A stretch of DNA of 64,000 nucleotides, from assembly GCF_964204645.1 (NCBI RefSeq), contig NC_134028.1:17863653-17927652 (forward strand), given 5' to 3'. The stretch's first letter is position 1; each line of letters opens with the position of its first letter. The notes under the pieces were generated by a model. The model worked only from the letters and a program-made list of their open reading frames with translations. It searched no databases and was not told the origin of the DNA. Shown here piece by piece: positions 37,727 through 50,564 of this stretch. The DNA is from Tubulanus polymorphus (taxonomy: Eukaryota; Animalia; Nemertea). The position numbers and the translations under genes were made by a program.

Positions 37727-40700
37727 CCGTAGCGTGATATTTCGGTGGGGGGGTTCTTTTTCTATAAATATGGACCATATCGTGAGTTAAGCTGGAGGCG
37801 AAGCCTACAGCGCGAGCGCCGCAGGTGCGACGCCCACTGAGTCCGACCCCCAGAAAACTTTTTCAAAAAGAAGTGATAAAACGTTTTCTGAGCGAGTCTG
37901 TGGACCAAATTTCAAGGGTCATTTTTCACGGTTCCTGAACTTCGCTGAAAAAGCTGAATCACTGAAACGCTGAAATAAAAACGCTGAAATTTCAGGGAAT
38001 TTCTGAAAAACGCCGAAATTTCAGGGAATTCCCGAAAAACGCTGAAATCGTGCTAGGTACCAACAATACACGTTTTGAAATATTTTCCGGGCCGGTGTCC
38101 GCTGCTGAGTCCTGAACCGTGTTTTAGGTCTACCTTCGGTTACAGAGACATGCATGGACAGTATGTGTGGAGTATACTTCTAGAGGGCCACTTGTTGGAC
38201 AAATTAATTCGCTTGAAATCCGGATTTTTAATGCATACAGGCAGCATAATGAGGAAAACCCATTCACAAACCGTGCAAGCCAACTTAAACACTATGCTCA
38301 ATATTGCCTGCAAGACGCAAAATATCTTATTTGAACGTTCATGTATAAAACATGGAGCAACTTTTCTTTTGTCAACACGTTGATGGGCGACGGACTATTA
38401 TGGTATTCTCTGAAGGAGGTAAATTAAATTTGACAGCTAGTTATATAAGTGATGCAGCTTTTGGACAAAAGGGATCTAACTAAATTTCTTTTTAATTCAC
38501 TGACACTGTGGAATGGAATGGATTGACGCCAATGGCATGCAGTAGGCCCCTACGTATGGGTCATACTGATTAGCGTCAACCAATTAATCTAAATCGGGCG
38601 AACCATTCAACAACTGTGAATAATTTATTTGCTGTGGCGTGATAATAATTAGTTTTTTTTAAAGAAATGACATACCAACTGTTAGGAAAATGTACCGATT
38701 CTTATTTTTAGACTACTACTGAATCTATAAAAGGAGGAGTCATAGACAAAGTTGATTTGCTTAGCTGGAGACACTTCTTGTCAAGTACATCATCTCAAGT
38801 ACTTGGTGTTTTGTAAGTTTAATTTCAGTATTTATTTATTAAGTGCTGTTCCCTCGGACCGCAGTGCTTTCAAACTAGGCCCACCCCATAGGCTATATAG
38901 TCCAGGGTGTATTAGCCACTATTCTTTTATATCCTACTAAAATGCACCTTTTTCTATTTTTAGATTCAGGCTTAGAATGTGCAAATTCTTTGAGATACTG
39001 AGAAATCAGATGGCACCAGTAAACTTCAACTGCGAAATTTGCAGCAGGATAGCTGAACGACACAATTTTAAAAAATAAAATGGCTATTCGAATGCTATTT
39101 CAATAATAACTTGATTCAACCAGAGAGAAATAAGTCAATTGTGGATGTACAGTACACGCACTTTTCTTCCCTGTTTCCTGGTACCTAATTTTTAGTCTTA
39201 AGCTAAGCGATATTCTAAGGTATGCTAGTGGATTTCATTAGAATATGAAGCAATGGAACCAGAATTCTAGCCAGAGTTAAGCGAACTATTGATTCTGATA
39301 TAGCCTAATGTAAGAACTGATTTCCTTTGTGTACTCTTGCAGAATATGTATTATTTCAAGCTGTTAAATAATATAGTTAGACAAACGTCCAATTATTGGA
39401 TCTTTCTTGTTGACTCGTTTAATTTTGTGAGTTAAGAGTTCCAGTCAATCCACAATGTGCAGTGCCTAGCCTTCATCTACACTAAAGCCAAGCCTGTGTA
39501 TGGGAAAATATCGTTCGACTCCTATAGGCCAGACAAATCAAAGCATGCAATACATTGCAGATAATAGTCTCCGGCAAGTCGAAAGAGAAAGTAAACCAGG
39601 TTTTACCCCATACCCTACCGGGGAACAAAGACACTTAAAGACTCCTTCCTCCTGGTAGAAATTGTTGAAATATGGCACCCAATCGTAGCTATGCTAAGTA
39701 CAGTATACTATGACGGTTGAACCTTTATTAACGAATTTCAATGACACCGAAAATAGAATCAAAATAATCATTAGTTCCATGCTAGCACTTAATTTGGGTT
39801 ATCAGGTTCAGCCTAACTGTACTTTCATTCAGCTACTACTTGTATGAGACTTGGCAATGATAAGTTGCAAGAAATCACCAAACATAAGAAAAAATATTGT
39901 GAATTAATATTACTGTAATTAAGAATTTATTCAAATGAAGTGATAACTTCATTGTTAGATCGTACCGGTATATGCAAATAAAACTATGGCAAAAAACACA
40001 TCTAACAATCCACGCAATCGATCAAGTCAATCATGACGACGACCTTAAGGCATGTCTCTGTAACCGAAGGAAGAGCATAAAACACGGTTCAGGACTCGTC
40101 AGCAGACACCGGCCCAGAATGATTTTCAAAACGTGTATTGTCGGTACCTAGCACGATTTCAGCGTTTTTCGGGAATTCCCTGAAATTTCGGCGTTTTTCG
40201 GAAATTCCCTGAAATTTCAGCGTTTTTATTTCAGCGTTTCAGCTTTTCAGTGTTTCAGCTTTTTCAGCGAAGTTCAGGAACCGCATTTTTCACGACGAAA
40301 ACCTAACCGATACATAAAACAGTAGTAGTAGAGTAGAATAAGCAAAATACATTTAGGCGCCTATGAATAACCTTACTAAATTTGAATATATTCCATGCTA
40401 ATTCAATTGAAATGTTTGACTTTGTTATGGGTGAAAGAGCCCATCTAGGGGAGGGGACCGATCACGATTGGAAGAGCCTTCTTTCCACGATCAGAAAACT
40501 TTCTGTCACAAACTGAACAGGGTGTTCGAACTTGAGTGCGGCACATCAAACAGTTTTTTATCAGTTCCATCAGGTTCTACACCGTAGTCAAAACAGTAGT
40601 ACAGTGCAAGACACACGTGCGGACAGCTGGCCAGACAACAACAAACCTACGAGCAATTATCTAAATCTATTTAGATAATTGCTCGTAGATCAAACTAGGA

Positions 40701-40813
40701 TACTGAATGCCGTACTGTGTATTTATGTAAGAAAAGAATCATGACATTTTTGCAAACCAAATGAACTTTGTCCGAACCCCCCAAGCCCCCCCCCCCCCCA
40801 CGCTACGGGCCTG
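37727..40813. mobile_element. hAT-like non-autonomous element inserted in the Gypsy 5' LTR
   Basis: ccgtagcgtg at left, cacgctacgggcctg at right (left end apparently clipped); G/C-run subterminal motifs; LTR sequence resumes at 40814. Confidence 0.6.
37929..40283. mobile_element. Non-autonomous Mutator/MULE-like element
   Basis: ~200-bp TIRs (37929-~38127 / ~40078-40283) with internal gctgaaa repeats; 9-bp TSD CATTTTTCA at 37920-37928 and 40284-40292; no transposase ORF. Confidence 0.85.
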
Positions 40814-40986
40814 ATATTTGTATTGCTAGTTTGCCGTAACCCAATCCGTGTATTACTGAAAACCGGATTCTGTATACGTGTACTGAATGCTACGTGGTAG
40901 TGATAGTCAAGCAGAAATAAACATCAAATGTTCTGTTAAATATATATCGTGTTTTGTCCTGTTTACCGGACCTCGGAAAGTCAACA

Positions 40987-40997
40987 TGGTGGCAGCG
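40987..40997 (+). promoter_or_regulatory. Primer binding site (tRNA-Leu-like)
   Basis: TGGTGGCAGCG directly after LTR end CA; complementary to the 3' end of animal tRNA-Leu(AAG/TAG). Confidence 0.75.
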
Positions 40998-41127
40998 TAA
41001 GTCGAAACGTACTCACTGACTCATATGGTAAATTGGTAATTAATCGCTGGTCCTGTTAGTAACCGGTTTGATTTTAACAAAAACAAGTGTTTCGTTTTGC
41101 TGTTATCGTCATCGGAGAGAAGAGACG

Positions 41128-44100
41128 ATGGCTGATTCTGCTGCTGTATTTCAGCCCCCTACATATCTTAATATAGCGGAGGGGAACATTGCGGAAAATT
41201 TCCGAAAGTGGAAACGAAGGTTGGAATTTTATTTGCAAGCGAGTGGTGCCGAAGAGAAGCCACCTGCGAGACAGACTGGCATCATTCTGCAGTGTGCCGG
41301 ACCGCAGGTCATCGAGATATATGACCAGTTTGAATGGGAAAACGAAGGGGATGAGTTAAAACCAGATGTTGTCCTGAGCACATTAGAGAAATATTGCAAC
41401 CCAAGACAGAATGAGGAGCTGATGACTCATCGTTTCAATCAATCAGTCAATTACATGGCAGGAACCATTCGATGTTTTTCTCACCGAGCTTCGAACTCGA
41501 GCGGATTAGTGTAATTTTAAGGAGAAAGATCGAATGATTCATGATAAGATCGTTTTCTCCGTTCCAGTAAAACTGGACCTAAGCTGGACCTAAAGAAAGC
41601 GGTCGACATATGCCGAGCATATGAACAATCGTTATCTCATGCGAGAGAAATCCGCGATGCGCATGTTCAATCCGGAAATGGGGTTAAAGTGAACAGAATC
41701 AGTACGAACCAGATGGTTTCCAAACCAAGAGCTGCACATGCTGCAAAAGGAAAGGGAAGACCGAAGAATCAAAACCAGCCAATTACAGACTGCGATTTCT
41801 GTGGTTACAAACATGCAGCTGGAAAAGAAAGATGTCTCGCGTATGGTAAAACCTGTCAGAACTGTAACGGTCGGGATCATTTTAAAGCAAAATGTAAGAA
41901 GTCGAAAATACATACAGTCGATATTTCGAGTGTAAACCCGCTCAAAAATGGAGACTACTGCTGGCTTAATGCCGTGCAGGCTGACACAGCGGTTTTACAT
42001 GCACGGATGCAAGTGAATGATTGCGATATCAAATGTCAAGTCGATAGCGGTGCAAATGTGAACACTATTTGCCAACGTTTCGTACGAAAGGAACAAGTTC
42101 GTGAAACAACGAAGAATCTCATAATGTGGAACCACACTCAGATGAAGCCTCTTGGTGAAACTACGTTGACAGTGACTAATCTGCGTAACAACGAGAAACA
42201 TCGAGTCCGATATACCGTCGTGCCGAAAAAGTTTATATGTCTACTTGGTCTCAAAACGATACAAGACATGAATTCAATAACTGTGAATAATGATTATTTC
42301 ATTTCTGCAGTGAAAACAGAGCCCGAACCACTGGGTGATCTTGGCATAGCCAACCTGACTGTAGATCCTGATGTTCGCCCGTGACAGCTCTCTTGTAGGA
42401 AGATACCGTTAGCCCTACATGCCGATGTAAAGAATGAACTAGAGCGATTAGTTGACCACGGTGTGCTGGTTCCTGTTACCGAACCAATCTAATGGGTCAG
42501 CCAGATGGCAGTGGTCCGTAGACCGAACGGTAACCTCCGCATATGTATTGATCCGAAGCCGCTAAACGATGCGTTACAACGCGAACATTACAAGCTGACG
42601 ACGGTAGATGATGTCCTACCCATGTTACGGAATGCGAAGGTATTCAGTAAGCTAGATGTGAAAGAAGCTTTTTGGCACGTTCGTCTCGATCAGGAATCAA
42701 GTCTGCTAACCACAATGATCACACCTTTAGGCCGGTTCCGATGGGCGCGTTTGCCATTCGGTTTGAAGGTCAGCAGTGAATGTTTTCAGCGGCGGCTCGA
42801 TGAAGCGCTGTCCGGTATTGCGGGTGTTTTCTCGATCGCTGATGATTTGACTGTTGCTGGATGCGGCAATACGATGGCAGAAGCGACTACCGATAATCAA
42901 GGGAAACTAGAAAAAATATACAAGCGGTGTGAAGAGCGAAATATAGCCTAATTCTGAACAATGACAAAGCTGAGATCGGAAAGACAGCGATCAAAATACA
43001 TGGTCATCTGTTCCCGAATGAGGCTGTCAAGGCAGACCAGTCAAAGATTGCAGCAATATGTAAGATGCCTGCACCCACAGATGTCACCGGTATCAAACGG
43101 TTGTGTGGTATGGTGCAGTACCTTGCTCGTTTTCTGCCGAACCTGGCAAGTGACCTTGAACCCATTCGTGCACTGACCAGAAATGATGCCCCATGGAATT
43201 GGTCGGTTGAGTGTGAAGCTGCGTTCGAAAAAGTCAAGCAAAGCCTGTCGACCACACCTGCATTGGCATACTTCGACCCAGCTAAACCGGTTGAACTGCA
43301 AGTGGACAGCAGCAAGGATGGGCTCGGAGCCGTCTTACTACAAGACAAACATCCCGTTGAATATGCCTCTCGTAGCCTAACCTCTGCCGAACGTAATTGG
43401 GCTCAAATCGAGAAGGAAATGCTGTCGATCGTATTTGCGTTGGAACGATTCGACCAGTGTACGTATGGCCGTAGCGTCACTGTCGAGAATGACCACAAGC
43501 CGTTAGCGTCGATCTTGAAAAAACCGTTAAATCTCGCACTAAAACGTCTTCAAGCATTGATGATGCGTGTTCATCGTTACGATATCGAATTTCAGTTCCT
43601 GGAGGGATCCAAGCTCGTGGACGCTAAGTCGGGCGTGTGCGGACGGCGATGATAATCGCCCGAGAATTCTTGAAGTCCGAGAGTTTGGAGGAATTCCTGA
43701 TGCGCTCGTTGAAGAAATAATGACTGCTATGGACACTGATGAGTCCATGGAAGTGCTGAAATCACTGATCCTGGACGGATGGCCAAACCGCAAGGACCTC
43801 GTGCCAGATTGCGCGAAACCGTATTATGATATGCGTGATGTAATGAGTATCGATAGTTCCAGTGTCATCGTAAAAGGCGGAGCCGTGTTTATTCCGGTTG
43901 CACTCCGTTCCGATATGAAGCGTCGCCTTCATTCCGCACATCTCGGATACCAAAGTATGTTGCATCGTGCACGAAACACGGTATTTTGGCCCGGAATAGC
44001 GCACGACATAAAGCAGCTCAGCGACAGTTGTGAGTTGTGCCAAGAGATGCGTCCGCGTAATCATTAAGAATCTCTGAAACAACATGCGGATGTTCAACCG

Positions 44101-45107
44101 TGGGACAAAGTAGGCGTAGACCTATTTGAGGTGAAAGGGAGAAACTTTTTAGTCTCGATCGACTACCACTCAAACTTCATTGAGGTAGGTCGCATGTCGT
44201 CAACGACAAGTTCAGCGGTCATTGAGAAATTAAAGAAGCATTTTGCCAGATTCCGCACTCCGAAATGTATTGTGTCCGATCCAGGTCCGCAATTTATTGC
44301 GTCGGAATTTGCGAAATTTGCGTGATAGTGGGGATTCATTCACGTTATGTCCTCACCCGGCCATCACTCAGCCAACGGAAAAGCCGAGGCTGCTGTGAAA
44401 GTGATGAAACACGTGATGCTGAAAGCGCTCAGATATGGTACTGACCAATCTCTCGCTCTCTTGGAGCAGCGTAACACTCTAAGGCAGGACACCGATCTTA
44501 GTCCTGCGCAGATGTTATTCGGTCGTGGTAATCGTTCGTTGCTTCCATCTTTGTGGCGAAACGCCAATGGAACCTGGTATTCGCGTGCAGCAGAGAAGCG
44601 AGTCAAACGTAAAGCAACCGTAAAACGTCACCATGACAAAAGCGCGTGCGACCTCCACCCTCTCGGAGTGGGTCAAATCGTGTATTTCGAGCACAAGGAG
44701 GGAAAAAGATGGGTTTTAGGTGAAATCACTGATTCGAATGGTGATCGTACCTACACTGTGCGTCATGTGGCGTGTATCGCAGAAACCGTGATATCCGCCC
44801 AACCTGTGTCAAACCGCGTCCGCTAGTCGGTGATCCTAGCGAAACCGTATTATTTGAACGTTCGATAGTTCCGAAACATGCGGAATTGAGAGCAAGTGAC
44901 ACTAGCCGTGGTGCTCACTCCTCCGTATCTGAGTCTGAAACTCAGAATCACGAAACGACTGTATCACCCGCTGATCGCGAAAATGACAGCCCTGTGGCTG
45001 GTGAGAGTCCTGACGATACTCTGGAAACCGTATCTGCCGGCCGCAGCGTATCCGTGCCGCAAACAACCCAAGCACTTGAAGGACTATGTAATCGACACAT
45101 AATTTGA
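41128..45107 (+). pseudogene. Gypsy gag-pol polyprotein, multiple stops/frameshifts
   Basis: Zinc knuckles CDFCGYKH..C..CQNCNGRDHF..C, protease VDSGA, RT LRICIDPKPLN/LPFGL/IADD, RNase H VDSSKDGLG/QIEKE/NDHKPL, integrase H..HLG..C..C, SDPGPQF, NGKAEAAVK. Confidence 0.93.
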
Positions 45108-45320
45108 GTTAAGATTGCTGATAATTTTAATTAGTATGCATCAAGTCGATACGTAGCCATACAGTTGCTGTTAGCAATCACCTATGCATGTTTAATTTAG
45201 TAATATTGGTATTTTGTTTTAGATATTGTGTTATGATAAGAAGACACTCATAACTTTGATTAATTTGCATTTAGGATTAGAGATTTGTAGTTTGATAGTT
45301 TGCATGGGTCATAATATCTT

Positions 45321-45332
45321 AGGAAAGGGGGA
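45321..45332 (+). promoter_or_regulatory. Polypurine tract
   Basis: AGGAAAGGGGGA immediately before the 3' LTR TG. Confidence 0.85.
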
Positions 45333-45518
45333 TGTTGAAGTTAGATCATATTTGTATTGCTAAATTGCCTTAACCCAATCCGTATATTACTGAAAACCGG
45401 ATTCTGTATACGTGTACTGTATGCTACGTGGTAATGATAGTCAAGCAGAAATAAACATCATATGTTCTGTTAAATATATCGTGTTTTGTCCTGTTTGCCG
45501 GACCTAGGAAAGTAAACA

Positions 45519-45925
45519 ATTCTACTATTCTACTCCCCAATCCTACTATCCTTTCATTTCTTTTAGAGCAGTTAACTATTCTACTATTCTACTATTTTAC
45601 TCCCCAATTCTACTATCCTTATATTTTTTCTAGAATAGTTAACTATTCAACTATTCTACTTCCATATTCTACTATCATTTCATTTCTTTTAGAATAGTAA
45701 ACTATTCTACTATTTTACTCCCCAATTCTACTATCCTTATATTTATTTTAGAATAGTAAAAAATTCTACTATTATACTCCCCTATTCTACTATCCTTATA
45801 TTTCTTTTAGAATAATTTACTATTCTACTATTCTACTTCCCTATTCTACTATCCTTTCATTTCTTTTAGAATAGTTAACTCTTCTACTATTCTACTATCC
45901 TTACATTTCTTTTAGAATAGTTTAG
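45519..45925. repeat. Degenerate ~55-60-bp tandem repeat built from ttctacta motifs
   Basis: Repeated ttctactattctactcccc..ttctactatcctt..tttcttttagaatagttaacta. Confidence 0.85.
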
Positions 45926-46095
45926 AGTTAGGTTAGGGTAGGGTTGGGATTTAGGGGGTAGGGTTTAGAGGGTTAGGGTTTAGATAATGTAAACTAGAGG
46001 GTTTAGAGGTTAGGGTTTAGTGGATTAGGGTTTAGAGGGTTAGGGCTTAGAGGTTTAGGTTTTAGAGGGTTAGGGTTTAGAGGGTTAGGGTTCAG
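45926..46095 (+). repeat. Degenerate telomere-like (TTAGGG/TTTAGAGGG) array
   Basis: Repeated gggttagggtttagagggttaggg units. Confidence 0.75.
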
Positions 46096-46939
46096 ATAAT
46101 GTTAACTAGACGGAATTACCCAGTTATTCTGGGAATTTGTGTAGCTTCAACGTAGTCTTGATATTTGGTTTACATGTAGCCTACATGTCGAACTTTCACC
46201 GGCATCCATCAATGCGCACGTTCGGCGACACAGCAAAATCGATTGACAGTTTCAATAGAAATGAATAGAATGCTTTTTTCTACTTCTGTAATTTTTTTTT
46301 CAGTGGGTAGTTAAAAATTTGTGAGGCAACATTTAAAAAGTTTAAAACGTTCTCTATCGTTTGATATAAAATTGGAATGGCTAAGCATGGATTTTTAAAC
46401 TTCCAAATTTACATGAATAAATACCGGTTTGCCTAATATTTTAAATAAACCCGTAGCTGGTTGGAGCGCGACACCGCTTTAATATCTCGGAAAAGACGGT
46501 CGTACAAGTTCTTCCACAATTGTGAGGCCTGAAATGAAACGACCGCGTGTCGACGTTTCCGAGGATATAATTTTTTTTCTGACCAGATTAATAATTTTAC
46601 TTCCATTACTCGATCAAATTATTTGAAAATGAACTTTTCCGGATTTGGCATTCAACAAAAACCGTGCCGTTTTTTCATCATTTTAACAGTAAAACCACCT
46701 AAACAGTCTACTGTGTTTCGAAAACGAACGCAGCAGTCCATGCGCCATCTATCTACTCTGTCTAGAACCAAACTATTAACGCTTTAGGGATGAAATATAT
46801 TACCCGGGCGTGAATCCAGAAATCTTAACCTGGGGAAATCGGATACTGCCGGGTTATACACAACCGACATCCATCTGAAATACAGTGCAACCTGGTACAG
46901 ATTACTTCCATCCTTTCCTTCTTTGTTTAAGATATTCGC

Positions 46940-47140
46940 TATTAGCGAAAACATCTGAGAATTATATATCTTTTCAATTTGGATGTCTAAGATTTATAGA
47001 TTCATATAGATTTTTAAGTTGTTCATTAGATAATTTATCAAAATCATAAGTTAATGACGAATTAAAAATATTAAAACAACGTTATCCAAATAATGATGAT
47101 TTTCAATTAATGAGATATAAAGGCGCGATTCTATATTCAT
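46940..47140 (+). pseudogene. Isolated pPolB fragment
   Basis: Near-identical to 23831-24030 (LAKTSENYISFQFGCLRFIDSYRFL). Confidence 0.9.
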
Positions 47141-47626
47141 GGATTATATATCAATCTAATGATAAAATGAATATAGATAATCATGGAAATTATTTCCATA
47201 TAGATCACGTTTTACCAATATCGAAATTTAACATGAATTTATTTTCTATTTTCAATTTCTTAGAACCTCCCTAATCATAATCAATATTTTTACGTGTAAC
47301 TATATTTTCCTTATCCTCTTTCTTAGTGTTTGACCCTTATATTCTATTTACAATGTTTGATCCTAATATTTGATTCGCATCAGTTAAATCTATTTCAGCT
47401 TTACTGAGTTCAGGTTCCTTAAATAAAAAATCATGTAATAAATCTCTATATAAATCTATACCATCTGATTTTTAATTTGAAACAAACTTTGTTACACAAG
47501 GTATTATATAATATAGACCATCATTATTTTCATGTCTATCATTGTATGGTATATGTTTCTATACTTTACTTTCATTCATTTATTTTTACATTTTTTTATT
47601 AAAATAAAAATTTTAATACATTTTAT

Positions 47627-48851
47627 CAATACATAACACTACCTAATTGAGAATTTATAATATTCAATTGCGCGTCAGGTATAATATAAATATGCATTTT
47701 ATAATTTAGACCTCTTTTTTTATGAATAATTGTATTCCATCTTTTGTATTTTGTAATTTTTTCCCAGAACCATGCAATAAGTTATCCTCTGTCGTTCTAG
47801 AATCTAACCATAATGCATATTTATTGCCGGTATAATAATCAATTTGATTAATATTACAATCTTCAGATGATTTTATTTTTTCATTCATAAAATGTTTTTT
47901 AATTTCTACCCACTGATCTATCATTCTCATTCCTTGACAAAATATTCTATTTGCTATACTTCAATTGTTATATCTACTTTTGATATTTCAGGATTATAAT
48001 AATTATGAACTTTTATTGCACCATTAGAATATGTTGCAATGGTAAAAAGTATTAATATACCTTCAATAGATCTTCTTGGGAAGTTAATATTCTCATTAAT
48101 TATTTCATCATTTGCATTAATCGTTACAGTTTTAAATTTATCAATATAAACATATAATAATGAAAATCCTTGATCGTATTTAGTTTGAATTGTGTTAGTA
48201 ATATTTCCATTAGTTACTGTGTCATATTCTAAACATATATTCGATAATTTATAACCCATATCTTTAACAACATTAGATAATAAAATTTCATTAACAGGAG
48301 CAAATGTTATTTCGAATTTGATATCTTCTTGTATAGCATATTTATATAAAGGCGCATTATTATTTATCAATTCAAAGTCTAATGGAATTTTATATTTGCT
48401 TCCATAAATCTTTTTTATTAAATTATCTACGTCATTAGTTTCTACTGCATTATTAGCTTCAGATCTTAATTTATTTTGGTTGTCTGATTGGATGCCTTGA
48501 AATATCGTATTATTTCTATTCTATTTTGTTAACCATAAATGCGTAAATTAATTAAAATCATCTAATGAAAAAACTGTTTCTGGTCCAATCTTTATAATTA
48601 ATTTTTGAATTAAACATCTTCCAATATTATCTACGACATAATTATAATTATTACCAGTTACTTTTATATCAGCTGATAAATAAATACTATTTGGAACATA
48701 AAAAGTATTTTGTGTTAATCGAGGAATTCAAACATATAACGTTTCATCAGGATTAATATTAGAAGGATTATGAGTAATTATATGATGAGATCTCTCTGCT
48801 TTAATTGAAATAGATATTCCAGAATTCTTATAACTTATATAGAATTCTCAT
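47627..48851 (-). pseudogene. Putative major capsid protein, copy 2
   Basis: High identity to 30369-31602; several stops. Confidence 0.72.
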
Positions 48852-48874
48852 TTATTTAAGAAAAAAATTAATTA

Positions 48875-50547
48875 TTTATTTTTTATTTTATTAACTAATC
48901 CAAAAATAATTGCACTTAAAACTGTAATTAAAAATAAACTAATATGTTCAGCAGCAAAACGAATAATATTTCCAGCAGATTTTAAAACAAAACCAACAAT
49001 TGATACAATAATTCCGGGTAATGCTGCAGCAGATTTTTTAGATAATTCCCATAAATATTTTGATATCTTTTTTAAACCAGCTTTAACTTTATCTTATATA
49101 GAATTATTATCATTTGGTGGTTTATCAGGTGGTTTAGGACTTGGTGTAGATTTTTATGAATTTGATATAGCTAAACCAATTGTTGTTAATACCATAGTTA
49201 CAGCTTCTGGAATTAAAAGAATTGTTATACCCCGCTAATTTAAATGATAATTTTATTCTATCTTTCAATGATATTTCAGAATTTGGTTTTATCAACAAAT
49301 CTTTAAAAATAGCTTTTAATCTATTAATATTATAATCATATGATTTTAATAATTTTTTTTTCTTCTTTCAGTAATTCTGAATTATATTTTAAATCATCAA
49401 TTTCTTTCTCTAAACTTACATTTTTAAATTCAATTTATTCAATAACGTTACTATCTCTATCTAACTTTAATTGTTTTAATTCTTTATTTGATTTAAATAA
49501 TTCTTTTTCTAAAGCGTTTATTATATGATCTCTAATTATTTTATCGTGCGCAATTTTATCAGCTGATTTTTGCACACCTTTAATTTCTCTACGTGCTTGT
49601 TCAGGAAATGTTTCTAAATCTCCATCAGTTAAATCAAGAAATCCTTTTTTTAATAAAGATTGCATTTGATTTGTTCCGGTTTCAGTACCTGATGTATCTA
49701 AAATACTACTCATATCTTCTTCAAATGAATTAATTGTAACTATTAAGTTATCCAAATATTTTACTAATTGTAATTGACTTGAATCATTATTAATTGGTTG
49801 AGTGTCTATTCTCGATGTTTCTGGTTTTGAAGATCTTAATTTATCTTATCTATTTGCAAACTCTTCATCAGTTTCTAGATCAACATCAAAAGGATTTAAA
49901 TTTGGATTTTTAAATGGTGAATATTTGTTAATATCAATAACAACATTTGGTTTCTCTTCATTTATTCTATCGAGTGCATTCCATATTATTCTGAGAATTT
50001 CTGAGCCACCTTTTCAATGTTCAATAGTAGATCTTGCTAACATTCCAGGTTCAAACATATTTTCTTCTCGTATTTTAGATAATTATATTGATACAATTTT
50101 GTTATTTAATTCAACATTATAATACCATGCATCATTTTTAAATTCTAAATTATACATGAAATGTGGGTCATCTTTTAAAATTTGTTCTACAATATATTCC
50201 GAATCAACTTTATCTGTTACATCTCTTGGTAATAATTCGTTTACAACTGTATCTATTACTCTACTTTTCATAAAATATAATCCTTTTGATATTTTAGGAA
50301 ATTCTGTTGATTTTACTAATCTATTCATTAAATCTTTTCTTTCTGTTCTAGTTTTAATTACGCCCCTTTAAGGAGCTGTTGAATATTCTATTATTTTACC
50401 ATATAATTCATCATCATCATCAACTAAATAAGAATTATATGCTGTTTCATTATCATTATCAATATTAGTTTCAGGTTGTGGTTCATCAGTTATACCGGGT
50501 TCATCGAAAGTATCCATTGGAATATTTTCTCCACCCTCTACTTCAAT
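48875..50547 (-). pseudogene. Coiled-coil/multi-TM protein, copy 2
   Basis: C-terminal half matches 29640-30348; N-terminal half divergent apart from the first ~10 codons. Confidence 0.72.
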
Positions 50548-50564
50548 TTATATAATATAAAAAT

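Larger units (their letters stand above)
37705..45518 (+). mobile_element. Ty3/Gypsy LTR retrotransposon (Mag-like), full length, decayed
   Basis: 3' LTR 45333-45518 (TG..CA); 5' LTR split into 37705-37726 and 40814-40986; ATTCT TSD at 37700-37704 and 45519-45523; PBS and PPT present; gag-PR-RT-RH-IN order. Confidence 0.9.

Noticed and set aside
45926-46095. True chromosome end
   Set aside because: Short, degenerate and internal, with complex sequence on both sides.
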